This document shows positions 8,900-17,196 of a DNA stretch of 42,617 nucleotides, piece by piece. Where the stretch lies: positions 1 to 42,617 of the forward strand of contig JBJMLP010000226.1 of NCBI GenBank assembly GCA_045805245.1, read 5' to 3'. Numbering within the stretch: position 1 is the stretch's first letter; every line of letters begins with the position of its first letter. Origin of the DNA: Actinomycetota bacterium (GTDB taxonomy: Bacteria; Actinomycetota; UBA4738; JBJMLN01). The translations under genes and the position numbers were made by a program. A model generated the notes under the pieces. That model was not told the origin of the DNA. It saw only the letters and a program-made list of their open reading frames with translations, and did no database searches.

Positions 8900-11178
8900 C
8901 TCGCGACCGCCGGTCTCGGCAGGCGCACCCGCGGAGAGCCCTCCGCCATCCCCCACTCCTCGATCGGCCACCGACGCCTGCGGGCGACGCGGAGCAGCGC
9001 GGCATCCGGGCTGACCACCACGGGGTTGCCGACCGCGCGGAGGAGCGGCAGATCGGAATGTGAGTCCGCGTACGCGTAGGACTTCTTCAGGTCGGCCCCC
9101 TCGGACTCGGCGTACCGGCGAAGCCACGCCGCTCGTGCCTCTCCGACGAGCGGAGGGGCGGCCAGGTAGCCGGTGAACCGGCCGTCCTTGACCGCGAGCC
9201 TCGCCGCGATGACGAGGTCGAACAGCGGAGCGAGCGGCTGCACGAACTCGTCCATCGCGGCCGTCACCAGGATCGTCCGATGACCCGCGGCTCGGTGCTC
9301 ACGGATGCGCCGGATCCCTGCCGCGGAGACCTTCTGGTACATGAACTCCGCGACGACGTCGCGCACCAGCTTCCGCACGCCTTCCACCGACGCTCCCTCG
9401 TACCGGCGGTAGAACGTGCGAAGGAACTCTCCGCGGTCGCGCCGGTCCGCCATCAGGTACGACGGGATGCGCGCGGCGACGGAGAGCATCTCCTTCGGCC
9501 AGTCGTCCGGCGCCAGGTCGGCGAGCCGCGCCCACACGTAGGACTCCACGACGTTGGAGGTGAGGATCGTGCCCTCCATGTCGAACACCGCGAGACGGAG
9601 CTCCTCCCCCTCGGCGATGCGCACCTTCGGCGTCGTCCGCCTGGTGGAGAGGTTCCGCAGGCTCGCGGTCACCGCCGGACAGTGGACGTCCTGGAGGTAG
9701 TGCCGCCAGTCGATCACCGCGGAGTCGAAGTAGAACGCGGCGCGATCCCCGTCGCCGAGCGCTCGGTACAGCCCGAGCGTTCGATCGTCGGTGTAGATCA
9801 CCTCCGCCTCGGTGTACGCGCCGTAGAGATCGGCATACCGGCGGATGAAGTCGAGGCGGTTCTTGTCCTTGTCGACGCGTCCCACCAAGTCGCGCATCCG
9901 CTTCGACTTCGGTAGGTGCGTCACCACGCGGTCGGCCGCCTTCGCGAGCTTCTCGCCGGTGGAGAGCAAGCGCTCCACGCGGAGCGCTCCTGGGAAGCTC
10001 CACTCCGGCACGCGGATCTCGCCGCGCCCGCGCTCCGGGAGCGGATGCTGCTCGAAGTACTCGCGCACGATCTCGTAGAGGCCGTGGTACTGGAGCGGGT
10101 GCCGGCTGCCGGAGCTGACGTGGAAGTACTGAGCCTTGGCCGGCTCCGGGGGCGTCGCCGCCACCACGAGCATCGCGTTCACGACGAGATCGACCGGGAT
10201 GATGTCGACGATGCCCTCGGGGATCCCGGGGAACTCGGGGATGTTCCCCTGCCCGTACGCGAGGATGATCGGCTCCGCCATCTTGAAGCCCTCGATCCAT
10301 CCCGGCGCCGGGTGCTCGAGCGCGCTCTCGATGATCGAGGGCCGCACGATCGAGAGCGGAAGGTCGGCGTCGCGCGCGAGCTCCTCCACGGCGCGCTCGC
10401 CCATCGCCTTCGTGAACGTGTAGAGGTCCGGCCATCCGAGCGTCTGCGCTCGCGCGCGCCCGTAGTTCACGAGGCGCTTCGTGACCCAGTCCTTGCGCCG
10501 CTGCTCCGCGTCGCCGGCGACGGTCTGGGGACCCGCGCGCGAGTGTTCCTTGCGCGCCTCCTCCATGAAGTGGTCGAGGAGCTCGGGCTTCCGGGAAGCG
10601 GCCTCGACGTCTCGACGGGCGGTGAGCGCGAGGTCCGCCTCCGTGCGCCAGTCGACGCGATGGTCCAGCGTCGCCTCGGGAACGACGCCCTTCTTCATGC
10701 CGGCGACGTAGGCCGTGGAGACGTGGACGAGGTGCGGCGTCGAGCCGCTGGCGCGAACCGCCTCGTAGAACTTGACCGCTCCGAGGAGGTTCGTCTGGAA
10801 GCCCTCGTCGATCGGCGGATCGAAGGAGACCTCCGCGGCACAATGCAGGACGACGTCGAGATCGCTCGGGAACGGCGGAGGTGCTTTCGTGAAGTCGCCG
10901 TCGACGATCTCCACTCGGTCATCGAGAAGCTTGATGAGGCCTTCGTCTCCGTGCTCCTTGCGAAGGCGGTCGAACGAGGGCCGCTTGATGAGGGTCTCGA
11001 TCCGATCGCGACCGGTCGCTCCGAGCTGCGGCCGAACGAGGAGGACGATCTTGGCGTCGGGGACCGAGGAGAGGACCTTCTCGAAGACGGCCTGCCCGAG
11101 GAATCCCGTCACACCCGTGATGAGCAGGCGTTTTCCGGCGAGTCGGCCCGCGACGGGGGCGGAGGAGTTCTCTACCAT
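8896..11178 (-). CDS. Fusion protein: fatty acyl-CoA/ACP reductase (NAD_binding_4 type SDR) N-terminal, HAD-IB hydrolase C-terminal
   Basis: N-terminal part has LLITGVTGFLGQ (Rossmann), catalytic YTFTK and VSSG.RHPL. C-terminal part has AVFDMEGTIL (HAD motif I, with Glu where the second Asp is expected) and YADSHSDLPLL (motif IV). I prefer ATG at 11176-11178 (MVENSS) over the track's TTG at 11214, because a promoter-like element sits exactly upstream of it. Confidence 0.85.
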   Translation of the reverse strand: MVENSSAPVAGRLAGKRLLITGVTGFLGQAVFEKVLSSVPDAKIVLLVRPQLGATGRDRIETLIKRPSFDRLRKEHGDEGLIKLLDDRVEIVDGDFTKAPPPFPSDLDVVLHCAAEVSFDPPIDEGFQTNLLGAVKFYEAVRASGSTPHLVHVSTAYVAGMKKGVVPEATLDHRVDWRTEADLALTARRDVEAASRKPELLDHFMEEARKEHSRAGPQTVAGDAEQRRKDWVTKRLVNYGRARAQTLGWPDLYTFTKAMGERAVEELARDADLPLSIVRPSIIESALEHPAPGWIEGFKMAEPIILAYGQGNIPEFPGIPEGIVDIIPVDLVVNAMLVVAATPPEPAKAQYFHVSSGSRHPLQYHGLYEIVREYFEQHPLPERGRGEIRVPEWSFPGALRVERLLSTGEKLAKAADRVVTHLPKSKRMRDLVGRVDKDKNRLDFIRRYADLYGAYTEAEVIYTDDRTLGLYRALGDGDRAAFYFDSAVIDWRHYLQDVHCPAVTASLRNLSTRRTTPKVRIAEGEELRLAVFDMEGTILTSNVVESYVWARLADLAPDDWPKEMLSVAARIPSYLMADRRDRGEFLRTFYRRYEGASVEGVRKLVRDVVAEFMYQKVSAAGIRRIREHRAAGHRTILVTAAMDEFVQPLAPLFDLVIAARLAVKDGRFTGYLAAPPLVGEARAAWLRRYAESEGADLKKSYAYADSHSDLPLLRAVGNPVVVSPDAALLRVARRRRWPIEEWGMAEGSPRVRLPRPAVAR

Positions 11179-11209
11179 GCGGTAGATACTGGCATCTACC
11201 AGTTGGTAG
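11172..11209 (-). promoter_or_regulatory. Two copies of the palindrome CTACC-N4-GGTAG (11172-11185 and 11196-11209); candidate operator pair for the operon-encoded TetR
   Basis: Read directly: tCTACCatgcGGTAGa, then a 10-nt spacer, then CTACCagttGGTAG. The centres are 24 bp apart. One copy covers the ATG/TSS and the other sits in the -35/-10 spacer. The stretch is locally AT-richer than its surroundings. Confidence 0.5.
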
Positions 11210-11214
11210 GTCAA
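11186..11214 (-). promoter_or_regulatory. Sigma-70-like promoter for the lipid-type operon, predicted leaderless
   Basis: Minus strand reads TTGACC (11214-11209), a 17-nt spacer, CAGTAT (11191-11186), 7 nt, then ATG (11178-11176). There is no Shine-Dalgarno, and the spacing places the TSS at or next to the A of the ATG. Confidence 0.45.
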
Positions 11215-11239
11215 CTCGTTACCCGGACGCCGGCGGGCG

Positions 11240-14200
11240 TTAGTTCCTTGCTTTCAGTTCCTCGAGGACGGCCTTCGCGTTCGCCTCTCCGACCACGTTG
11301 CCCTTGCGCCGCAGGAGTTCCAGAGCCTCCTCCACCACCGACTCCGCTTCGCGGTCCCGGTCCTGCAAGCGAAGCACCTCCGCCAGGCTCATCAGCGCAT
11401 GAGCTTGCAGGTTCAGGTAGTCGGTCTCGCGCACGAGCGCGGCCGCCTCGCGCGCGAAACGTTCCCCTTTCTCCTGTTCGCCGAAGCGCGCCAAGGACTT
11501 CGCGCGGAGCTGGCGCCATCGCACGCCGGCGTCGGCGTCTCCCTCGATCGTGATGGTCTCCGCGAACTCCGAGAGCTTCAACGCTTCGTCGTAGCGACCC
11601 TCCGCATAGATCGCGTCTCCGAGGTCCGGAGCCACGCTGGAGAGATGGCCGACGTCGTTGATCCGATCGAGCATCTCGTACGCGACGCGAAGCTCCGCCT
11701 CCGCCTTCGCCGGTTCCCCCGCGAGCATCTCCAACGCCCCCGAGTCACGGTGAACGGCCGCGAACGTCACCTGATCCCCGAGCTCCTGGGCGAGCCTCCT
11801 CCCCTCGGCGATGCTGGCACGACCCTCGTCGAACATGCCGCGCATCGAATCGAGCTCCGCCCGGGTCCTCGCCGCGGCAAGTTGAACGCGCGGATCGCCG
11901 ACGCCGTCTTCGACCAACTCGTCCAGACGCCGGAGCCCCTCCTCCACAGGCACCGGTCCGACGTCCAGCCCGAGGAGGAGCCATCGGAGGATCTCTCCGC
12001 GCTGGCGGACGTCTCCCGCGCTCGCGGCATGGGCGAGGGCCTGCTCCAGCATCTGCCCCGATTCCGCGACGTGGCCCTGCCAGAACCTGACGGTGCCGAG
12101 GATGCGCTCCGCCTCGGACATCCCGAGGTCGTCGCCCCATTCCTCGAAGGAAGCGAGGTAGCCCCCGGCCTCCGCGAGCGCGGCCGCCTGCTCGATGTCG
12201 GGATCGAGGAGCAGACGCGCGAAGACCCGGCGCAGCGAGGCGCGCGCCTCCAGCAACGGGTCGTTCGCGGCGCGAGCGGCCTCCACCGCATCCGTGAGGG
12301 TGTCCTCCGCTCGAGCGATATCGACGTACGCGAGGGCGACGCCGAGCTCCGCGAGCAGCTCCGCGCGGAAGTGATCTCCGTCGGGGAGAAGCTCCACCGC
12401 CCGATGGAACAGGTTGACGGCGGACTTCACCTCCCCCCGGTCGAGTGCTCGGCGTCCCGCGCCGCCGAGCTCTCCGGCAGCCTCCTTGGCAAGCGCCGTG
12501 GTGTGTTCGTCCGGCGGCCCGAGGTCCACCGCGTACCGATACGCGCTCTCGAGATGGGCACCTCGAACCTCTCCGAACTCCGAAGCGCGGTCTCCCGCCT
12601 TCGCCAGAAGCCACGACGCGAACCGCGCGTGGAGATCCGCCCGCGCACGCTTCGGCGTGGAGTCGTACGCGGCGTCGCGAACGAGGACGTGACTGAAGCG
12701 GAACGCGTCCTCTCCCACGAATGTCGAGGCATCCGGCCGAACGAGCTCCTTCCGAAGCAGCGTCTGGAGGTGTGAGCCGACCCGCGGGCGGTCGCCCTCC
12801 GGCGAGAGCTCCGTGATGGCTCCCCACCAGAACGTCCTCCCGATCACCGAGGCGCGTTGCACGACCGCGCGTTCGTCGGGCTCCAGCTGGTCGAGCCGCG
12901 CCGCGAGCAACGCGTGGATGGTTCCGGGCACGTCCACCTCCGAGAGGTCGCCGGTCGGCGTCCAGTGACCGTCGCTCCGCTGGAGACGGCCCTCGTCGAT
13001 CAGCATCCGCAACATCTCCTCGACGAACAGCGGATTGCCCTCCGCCGCGGAGGAGATGCGTTCCCCGGTATCGCCGGTCAGGCCGGCCGCTCCGAGGAGG
13101 TTGGCGATCAGCTCCTTCGACTGGGCGTCGGTGAGCGGCTCGAGCTCGATCACCCGGGTTTCGCGAAGCCAATCCGGGCGGAGCTCGCGAAGGTCCGGGC
13201 GCGACGTGCAAAGCAGGACGATCGGATGACCGGTGCTGAAGCCGATCACGTACTGGAGGAGATCGAGGAACGTCGGCTCCGCCCAGTGGAGATCCTCGAG
13301 CACGACCATCAGAGGACGTTCCGCCGCCACGATCTCCAGGAGGCGGCGCACGGCCCAGAACGTCTGCTGGATGTCACCGGTCGCCTCCGCAAGACCGACC
13401 GCGGCTGCGAGGCGCTCCGCGACGTTGTTCCCGTCGACCGCGTCGACGGTGACCGCGACGATCTTCGAGCGACGCTGTTCGGGCCCGTCGGCGTCCACGA
13501 CGCCCGCCGCGGCGTCGACGAGCTCCACGACCGGAAGAAGGCTGATGCCCTCGCCGTAGGGCAGGCACCGCGTGGACAACACGTGGGCTTCGTCGCCGGT
13601 CCTCGTCACGAACTCGTTGACGAGACGCGTCTTGCCGAGGCCTGCGTCGCCGAGGACCGTCGAGGAGCCGCACGCTCGCCGCTCCACGGCATCGTCGTAG
13701 GTCCGCTGGAGGGCCCGCAGCTCTTCCTCGCGGCCGACGATCGGAGAGTCGAGACGCCTTTCGAAGGGAACCGCGACGTTCAGCACCTCCAGCAGGCGGA
13801 ACGCGGGCATGCGCTCGCTCTTTCCCTTGAGCTCGAGCGGATCGACGGCGTCGACACGGACTGCGTCCCGGACGAGGCGGCGTGTCTCCTCACCGAGGAG
13901 GATCTCTCCCGGCTCGGCGGCCTGCTCGAGGCGGGCCGCGACGTTCACGGCATCTCCGGTCACGAAGGTCTGGTCATCCGTGGGATCCACGGCGACGACC
14001 TGCCCCGTGTTCACGCCCGTCCGGATCTCCAGGTGCGCGCGCCAGCCGCGTTCGAGCTCCGCGTTCAACGTTGTGAGGAGATCGCGCATCTCCGAGGCGG
14101 CGCGGAGGGCCCGGAGCGCGTCGTCCTCGTGGACGGTCGGAACGCCGAAGACCGCCATCACCGCGTCCCCGATGAACTTCTCGACGGTGCCGCCGTGCCG

Positions 14201-14335
14201 CTCGATCGCGGCCCGCATCTCATCGAAATAGCGCGACATCACGCCGCGGAGCGACTCCGGATCGAGCTGTTCTCCCAGCGAGGTGGAGCCCACCACGTCG
14301 GAGAACAGGATCGTGACGGTCTTGCGGACCTCCAT
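11240..14335 (-). CDS. Class III adenylate/guanylate cyclase fused to a STAND-type P-loop NTPase and C-terminal TPR-like repeats (1031 aa)
   Basis: Cyclase motifs TILFSDVVGST, EKFIGDAVMAVFG and GDAVNVAARLE. Walker A is LGDAGLGKTRL. A long helical-repeat C-terminus follows. No LuxR HTH was recognised. Confidence 0.88.
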   Translation of the reverse strand: MEVRKTVTILFSDVVGSTSLGEQLDPESLRGVMSRYFDEMRAAIERHGGTVEKFIGDAVMAVFGVPTVHEDDALRALRAASEMRDLLTTLNAELERGWRAHLEIRTGVNTGQVVAVDPTDDQTFVTGDAVNVAARLEQAAEPGEILLGEETRRLVRDAVRVDAVDPLELKGKSERMPAFRLLEVLNVAVPFERRLDSPIVGREEELRALQRTYDDAVERRACGSSTVLGDAGLGKTRLVNEFVTRTGDEAHVLSTRCLPYGEGISLLPVVELVDAAAGVVDADGPEQRRSKIVAVTVDAVDGNNVAERLAAAVGLAEATGDIQQTFWAVRRLLEIVAAERPLMVVLEDLHWAEPTFLDLLQYVIGFSTGHPIVLLCTSRPDLRELRPDWLRETRVIELEPLTDAQSKELIANLLGAAGLTGDTGERISSAAEGNPLFVEEMLRMLIDEGRLQRSDGHWTPTGDLSEVDVPGTIHALLAARLDQLEPDERAVVQRASVIGRTFWWGAITELSPEGDRPRVGSHLQTLLRKELVRPDASTFVGEDAFRFSHVLVRDAAYDSTPKRARADLHARFASWLLAKAGDRASEFGEVRGAHLESAYRYAVDLGPPDEHTTALAKEAAGELGGAGRRALDRGEVKSAVNLFHRAVELLPDGDHFRAELLAELGVALAYVDIARAEDTLTDAVEAARAANDPLLEARASLRRVFARLLLDPDIEQAAALAEAGGYLASFEEWGDDLGMSEAERILGTVRFWQGHVAESGQMLEQALAHAASAGDVRQRGEILRWLLLGLDVGPVPVEEGLRRLDELVEDGVGDPRVQLAAARTRAELDSMRGMFDEGRASIAEGRRLAQELGDQVTFAAVHRDSGALEMLAGEPAKAEAELRVAYEMLDRINDVGHLSSVAPDLGDAIYAEGRYDEALKLSEFAETITIEGDADAGVRWRQLRAKSLARFGEQEKGERFAREAAALVRETDYLNLQAHALMSLAEVLRLQDRDREAESVVEEALELLRRKGNVVGEANAKAVLEELKARN

Positions 14336-14379
14336 CGTGTGGGCAGTCTACGGGGGGCGCCCCTCGCCTTCCGTCTCCG

Positions 14380-15714
14380 TCAGGCGTTCCGAACGGCGGC
14401 ACTCCAGGGCCTCGGGACGGCGCCCCTGAGCTCGATGTTCTCCTTGCCGAGGAACGTCGCGAGCTCGCGGAGAGCGAGCGCGATCCCGGATCCCGCCTCT
14501 CGCGTCACCGGAACACCCGGCTCGGCGAAGACACGGTGCACGACGAGCTTTCCGGCTTTCCGATCGTTCTCCACGTCGATGCGACCGACGAGCTCGTCCC
14601 CGTGGAGGATCGGCAGCGCGTAGAAGCCGTAGATGCGCTTCTCCTTCGGGGTGTAGAACTCCGCGCGGTAAACGAAGTTCCACATCAGCTCCGTGCGATC
14701 GCGGTCGCAGATGAGGTTGTCGAACGGCGAGAGGAGAGTCGTGCGAGGCTCCCAGTTCCCGGTCTGGATGCGCTGGAGGAGCGGAAGATCCTCCGAGTGG
14801 ACGAACCACTCCTCGGGGAGCGGCATGCCCTCTGCGTCGAGAACCTCCACCTGCTCGATGAAGCCCTCTTTGCGGAGGCGCGCGAGCACCCGCGGAAGGT
14901 TCGGATACACGTAGCGGATGAAGTGGCGCACGATGTGTCGCGCCGTCGCGACACCGAGCGCGCGGAGCGATCTCTGCGACGCGATCCGCACCGCCTGCGT
15001 GTCTCCGAGGCGCTCGCGGGGCGCCCACTCCGGCAGCCAGCGCTCCGTGAGGTCCCACCAGCGCTGCGCGCCGGAGCGCCCCACGACCATCAGGAGGCCT
15101 TTCGTCCACATGATGTCGAGCATGCGGCCGACGTTCCGCTCGTTGGTCCAGCCTCCCGACCTCCAATCGCGCTCGGAACGGTCCTCCAGGTCTCGCGAGC
15201 GAAGGGGACCGCGTTTCCGCAACTGCGACACGATGTAGCGACGCAGCGGAGCGCTGTCCGCGTACCACTCGCGGATGCGCCGCGCGTACTCGGCATCGCT
15301 CGTCCATGCCCTGCGCATCTGGAAGCGGTGGATGGGATAGTCCTCCGTCAGCACGATCGCTGCCGCGTGCGCGAAGTATTCGAAGAGCGTGCGGTCCTCC
15401 CACAGCAGCCGGTCGAGCGCCGAAGGGTCGAACGGTCCGACACGGCTCCACGTGACGACGAGATGGCTCTTCGCGACGTAGGAGATCGGATCCAACTGAA
15501 GGCATCCGAGCTCCCGCACGAGGTCGAGGATCCCCTCCGCGTCCGGCGCTGGTCGTGGCCCCGCGAGGCGTTGCTTGGCCACGGCGAGACGGCGCGCATC
15601 GCGAAGCGAGACCTGTCGGAGCGCGCGGGCCGGAGGGGGCACGAGCCGAAGCGTAGCGGCGGCCGCCGACAGTTCCGGAAAGGCGTCCTGACCTCGGTAG
15701 ACTCGCGGCCTCAT
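14380..15714 (-). CDS. Winged-helix DNA glycosylase-like protein (YcaQ/AlkZ, HTH_42 family)
   Basis: VSLRDARRLAVAKQRL...LGCLQLDPISYVAKSHLVVTWSRVG...LFEYFAHAAAI...GFYALPIL.GDELVGRID matches the YcaQ/AlkZ family layout. The start is uncertain. ATG at 15712-15714 overlaps the mazG-like ATG, and GTG at 15640-15642 would leave a 70-bp intergenic region and fits the family N-terminus better. Confidence 0.8.
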   Translation of the reverse strand: MRPRVYRGQDAFPELSAAAATLRLVPPPARALRQVSLRDARRLAVAKQRLAGPRPAPDAEGILDLVRELGCLQLDPISYVAKSHLVVTWSRVGPFDPSALDRLLWEDRTLFEYFAHAAAIVLTEDYPIHRFQMRRAWTSDAEYARRIREWYADSAPLRRYIVSQLRKRGPLRSRDLEDRSERDWRSGGWTNERNVGRMLDIMWTKGLLMVVGRSGAQRWWDLTERWLPEWAPRERLGDTQAVRIASQRSLRALGVATARHIVRHFIRYVYPNLPRVLARLRKEGFIEQVEVLDAEGMPLPEEWFVHSEDLPLLQRIQTGNWEPRTTLLSPFDNLICDRDRTELMWNFVYRAEFYTPKEKRIYGFYALPILHGDELVGRIDVENDRKAGKLVVHRVFAEPGVPVTREAGSGIALALRELATFLGKENIELRGAVPRPWSAAVRNA

Positions 15715-16000
15715 GGAGATCTCCGAGCTTCAGGACGTCCTTCGGCGCACCTATCTCGAGCGCGATGCGCGCCGCGGGCCCGACGCGACCTTCCGGTGGC
15801 TGACCGAGGAGGTCGGCGAGCTCGCGAAGGCCCTCCGCGGCCACGACCGGGAGAACCTCCAGCACGAGTTCGGCGACGTTCTCGCGTGGCTGACCTCGCT
15901 CGCCTCGCTCACCGGCGTCGACCTCCAGACGGCGGCCGAGCACTACGCGAACGGGTGCCCGAAGTGTGGCCACATCCCGTGCGACTGCCGGTTCGAGTGA
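15713..16000 (+). CDS. Small MazG-like nucleotide pyrophosphohydrolase domain protein with Cys-rich tail
   Basis: LTEEVGELAKAL...LQHEFGDVLAWL is the EExxE/D MazG helix pattern. The C-terminus is CPKCGHIPCDC. Confidence 0.75.
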   Translation: MEISELQDVLRRTYLERDARRGPDATFRWLTEEVGELAKALRGHDRENLQHEFGDVLAWLTSLASLTGVDLQTAAEHYANGCPKCGHIPCDCRFE

Positions 16001-17196
16001 TGGAGATCCGCACGCCGACGGAGGAGGAGCGCGAGGAGATCGCCTCGCTCATGAGCATCTCGCTGAACTTCGGTCAGGCCTGGGCGGAGCGCCGCGCGCC
16101 CTTCTTCCGCCTGGGGCAGTTCCTCGTCGCCGTCGACGAAGGCCGCGTCGTGGCGACGTCGGCCGCGCGACCGTTCCTGCAGTGGTTCGGCGGACGCGCG
16201 CTTCCGATGACGGGCATCTATGCGGTCGCGACGCTCCCGGAACACCGCGGCGGCGGCCTCGCTTCGCGGCTCGTGACGCAGCACCTGCACCGTGGTCGCA
16301 ACGAGGGGGCGGTCATCTCCGCGCTCTATCCGGCAGCGCTTCGCCCGTACCGCCGCCTCGGGTACGAGCTCGCCGGCACCTACACCGATCACCGCGTCGC
16401 GCTCTCCGATCTCCCGACGGGCCGGGGTCCGCTCCGTGTCGAGGAGTACCGGCCGGAAGACCTCGATGGAGTCAGGGCAGTGTTCCGCGAGGTCATGGAA
16501 AGGCAGAACGGCCCGATCTACTCAGAGCTCGAGGACTGGTGGACCGAGCGGATCCTCGCGACCTCGGAGCCCGGCGTGCTCTTCAGGGTCGTCGTCGTCC
16601 GGGCAGAGGACGGCGCCGTCGAAGGCTTCTGCCCGTTCCGGCACGGAAAGGCGGGCACTGGTTCCGACCTCGACTTCTCCTTCGGGATCGAGACCTCTCA
16701 CCTGGTCGTTCGGTCGGAGGCGGCGCTGCGATCGCTGCTCGCGTATTTTCGAGGCTTCCGCGGGCTCGGGGAGACGCTGCAGTTCTCCGGACCACCGGCG
16801 GATCCGATCGCACTCCTCGTCGACGAGCAGAAGCTCAAGCCGGCGTGGACGTTCCGTTGGATGCTGCGCATGCTCGACGTTCCCGGAGCGCTCGAGGCGC
16901 GCGGCTACCCGCCGGTCTCGGGCTCGGTGGACATCACGCTTCGCGACCCGGCCTTCCAGGAGGACGACGGTGCGACGTACCACCTCGAGGCCGACGCGGG
17001 AAAGGTCCGCGCGTCGCGGGTCGAGGCCGGACCCGGCGCGACGACGTCGATCGGAACGTTCTCCTCGCTCTTCACCGGATACACGTCACCGGCCGACGCG
17101 GTCCGCGTCGGCGCGCTGGAGGCCGACGACGCGGCTGTCCACCTCCTCTCGGCGCTGTTCGCGGGGCCAGCGCCGTGGCTCCCCGAGTGGTTCTGA
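16000..17196 (+). CDS. Eis-like GNAT acetyltransferase with C-terminal SCP2-like domain (~398 aa)
   Basis: Starts MEIRTPTEEEREEIASLMS. Also contains TGIYAVATLPEHRGGGLASRL and ALYPAALRPYRRLGYE, with an Eis-type central and C-terminal region. Its ATG at 16000 shares one nucleotide with the mazG-like stop (TGATG). Confidence 0.75.
   Translation: MEIRTPTEEEREEIASLMSISLNFGQAWAERRAPFFRLGQFLVAVDEGRVVATSAARPFLQWFGGRALPMTGIYAVATLPEHRGGGLASRLVTQHLHRGRNEGAVISALYPAALRPYRRLGYELAGTYTDHRVALSDLPTGRGPLRVEEYRPEDLDGVRAVFREVMERQNGPIYSELEDWWTERILATSEPGVLFRVVVVRAEDGAVEGFCPFRHGKAGTGSDLDFSFGIETSHLVVRSEAALRSLLAYFRGFRGLGETLQFSGPPADPIALLVDEQKLKPAWTFRWMLRMLDVPGALEARGYPPVSGSVDITLRDPAFQEDDGATYHLEADAGKVRASRVEAGPGATTSIGTFSSLFTGYTSPADAVRVGALEADDAAVHLLSALFAGPAPWLPEWF

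Noticed and set aside
14354-14363. Perfect 10-bp palindrome GGGGCGCCCC between the YcaQ-like stop and the cyclase start, considered as a terminator.
   Set aside because: It has no loop and no U-tract, so a stable hairpin terminator cannot form from a contiguous palindrome this short. It is likely fortuitous in GC-rich DNA.
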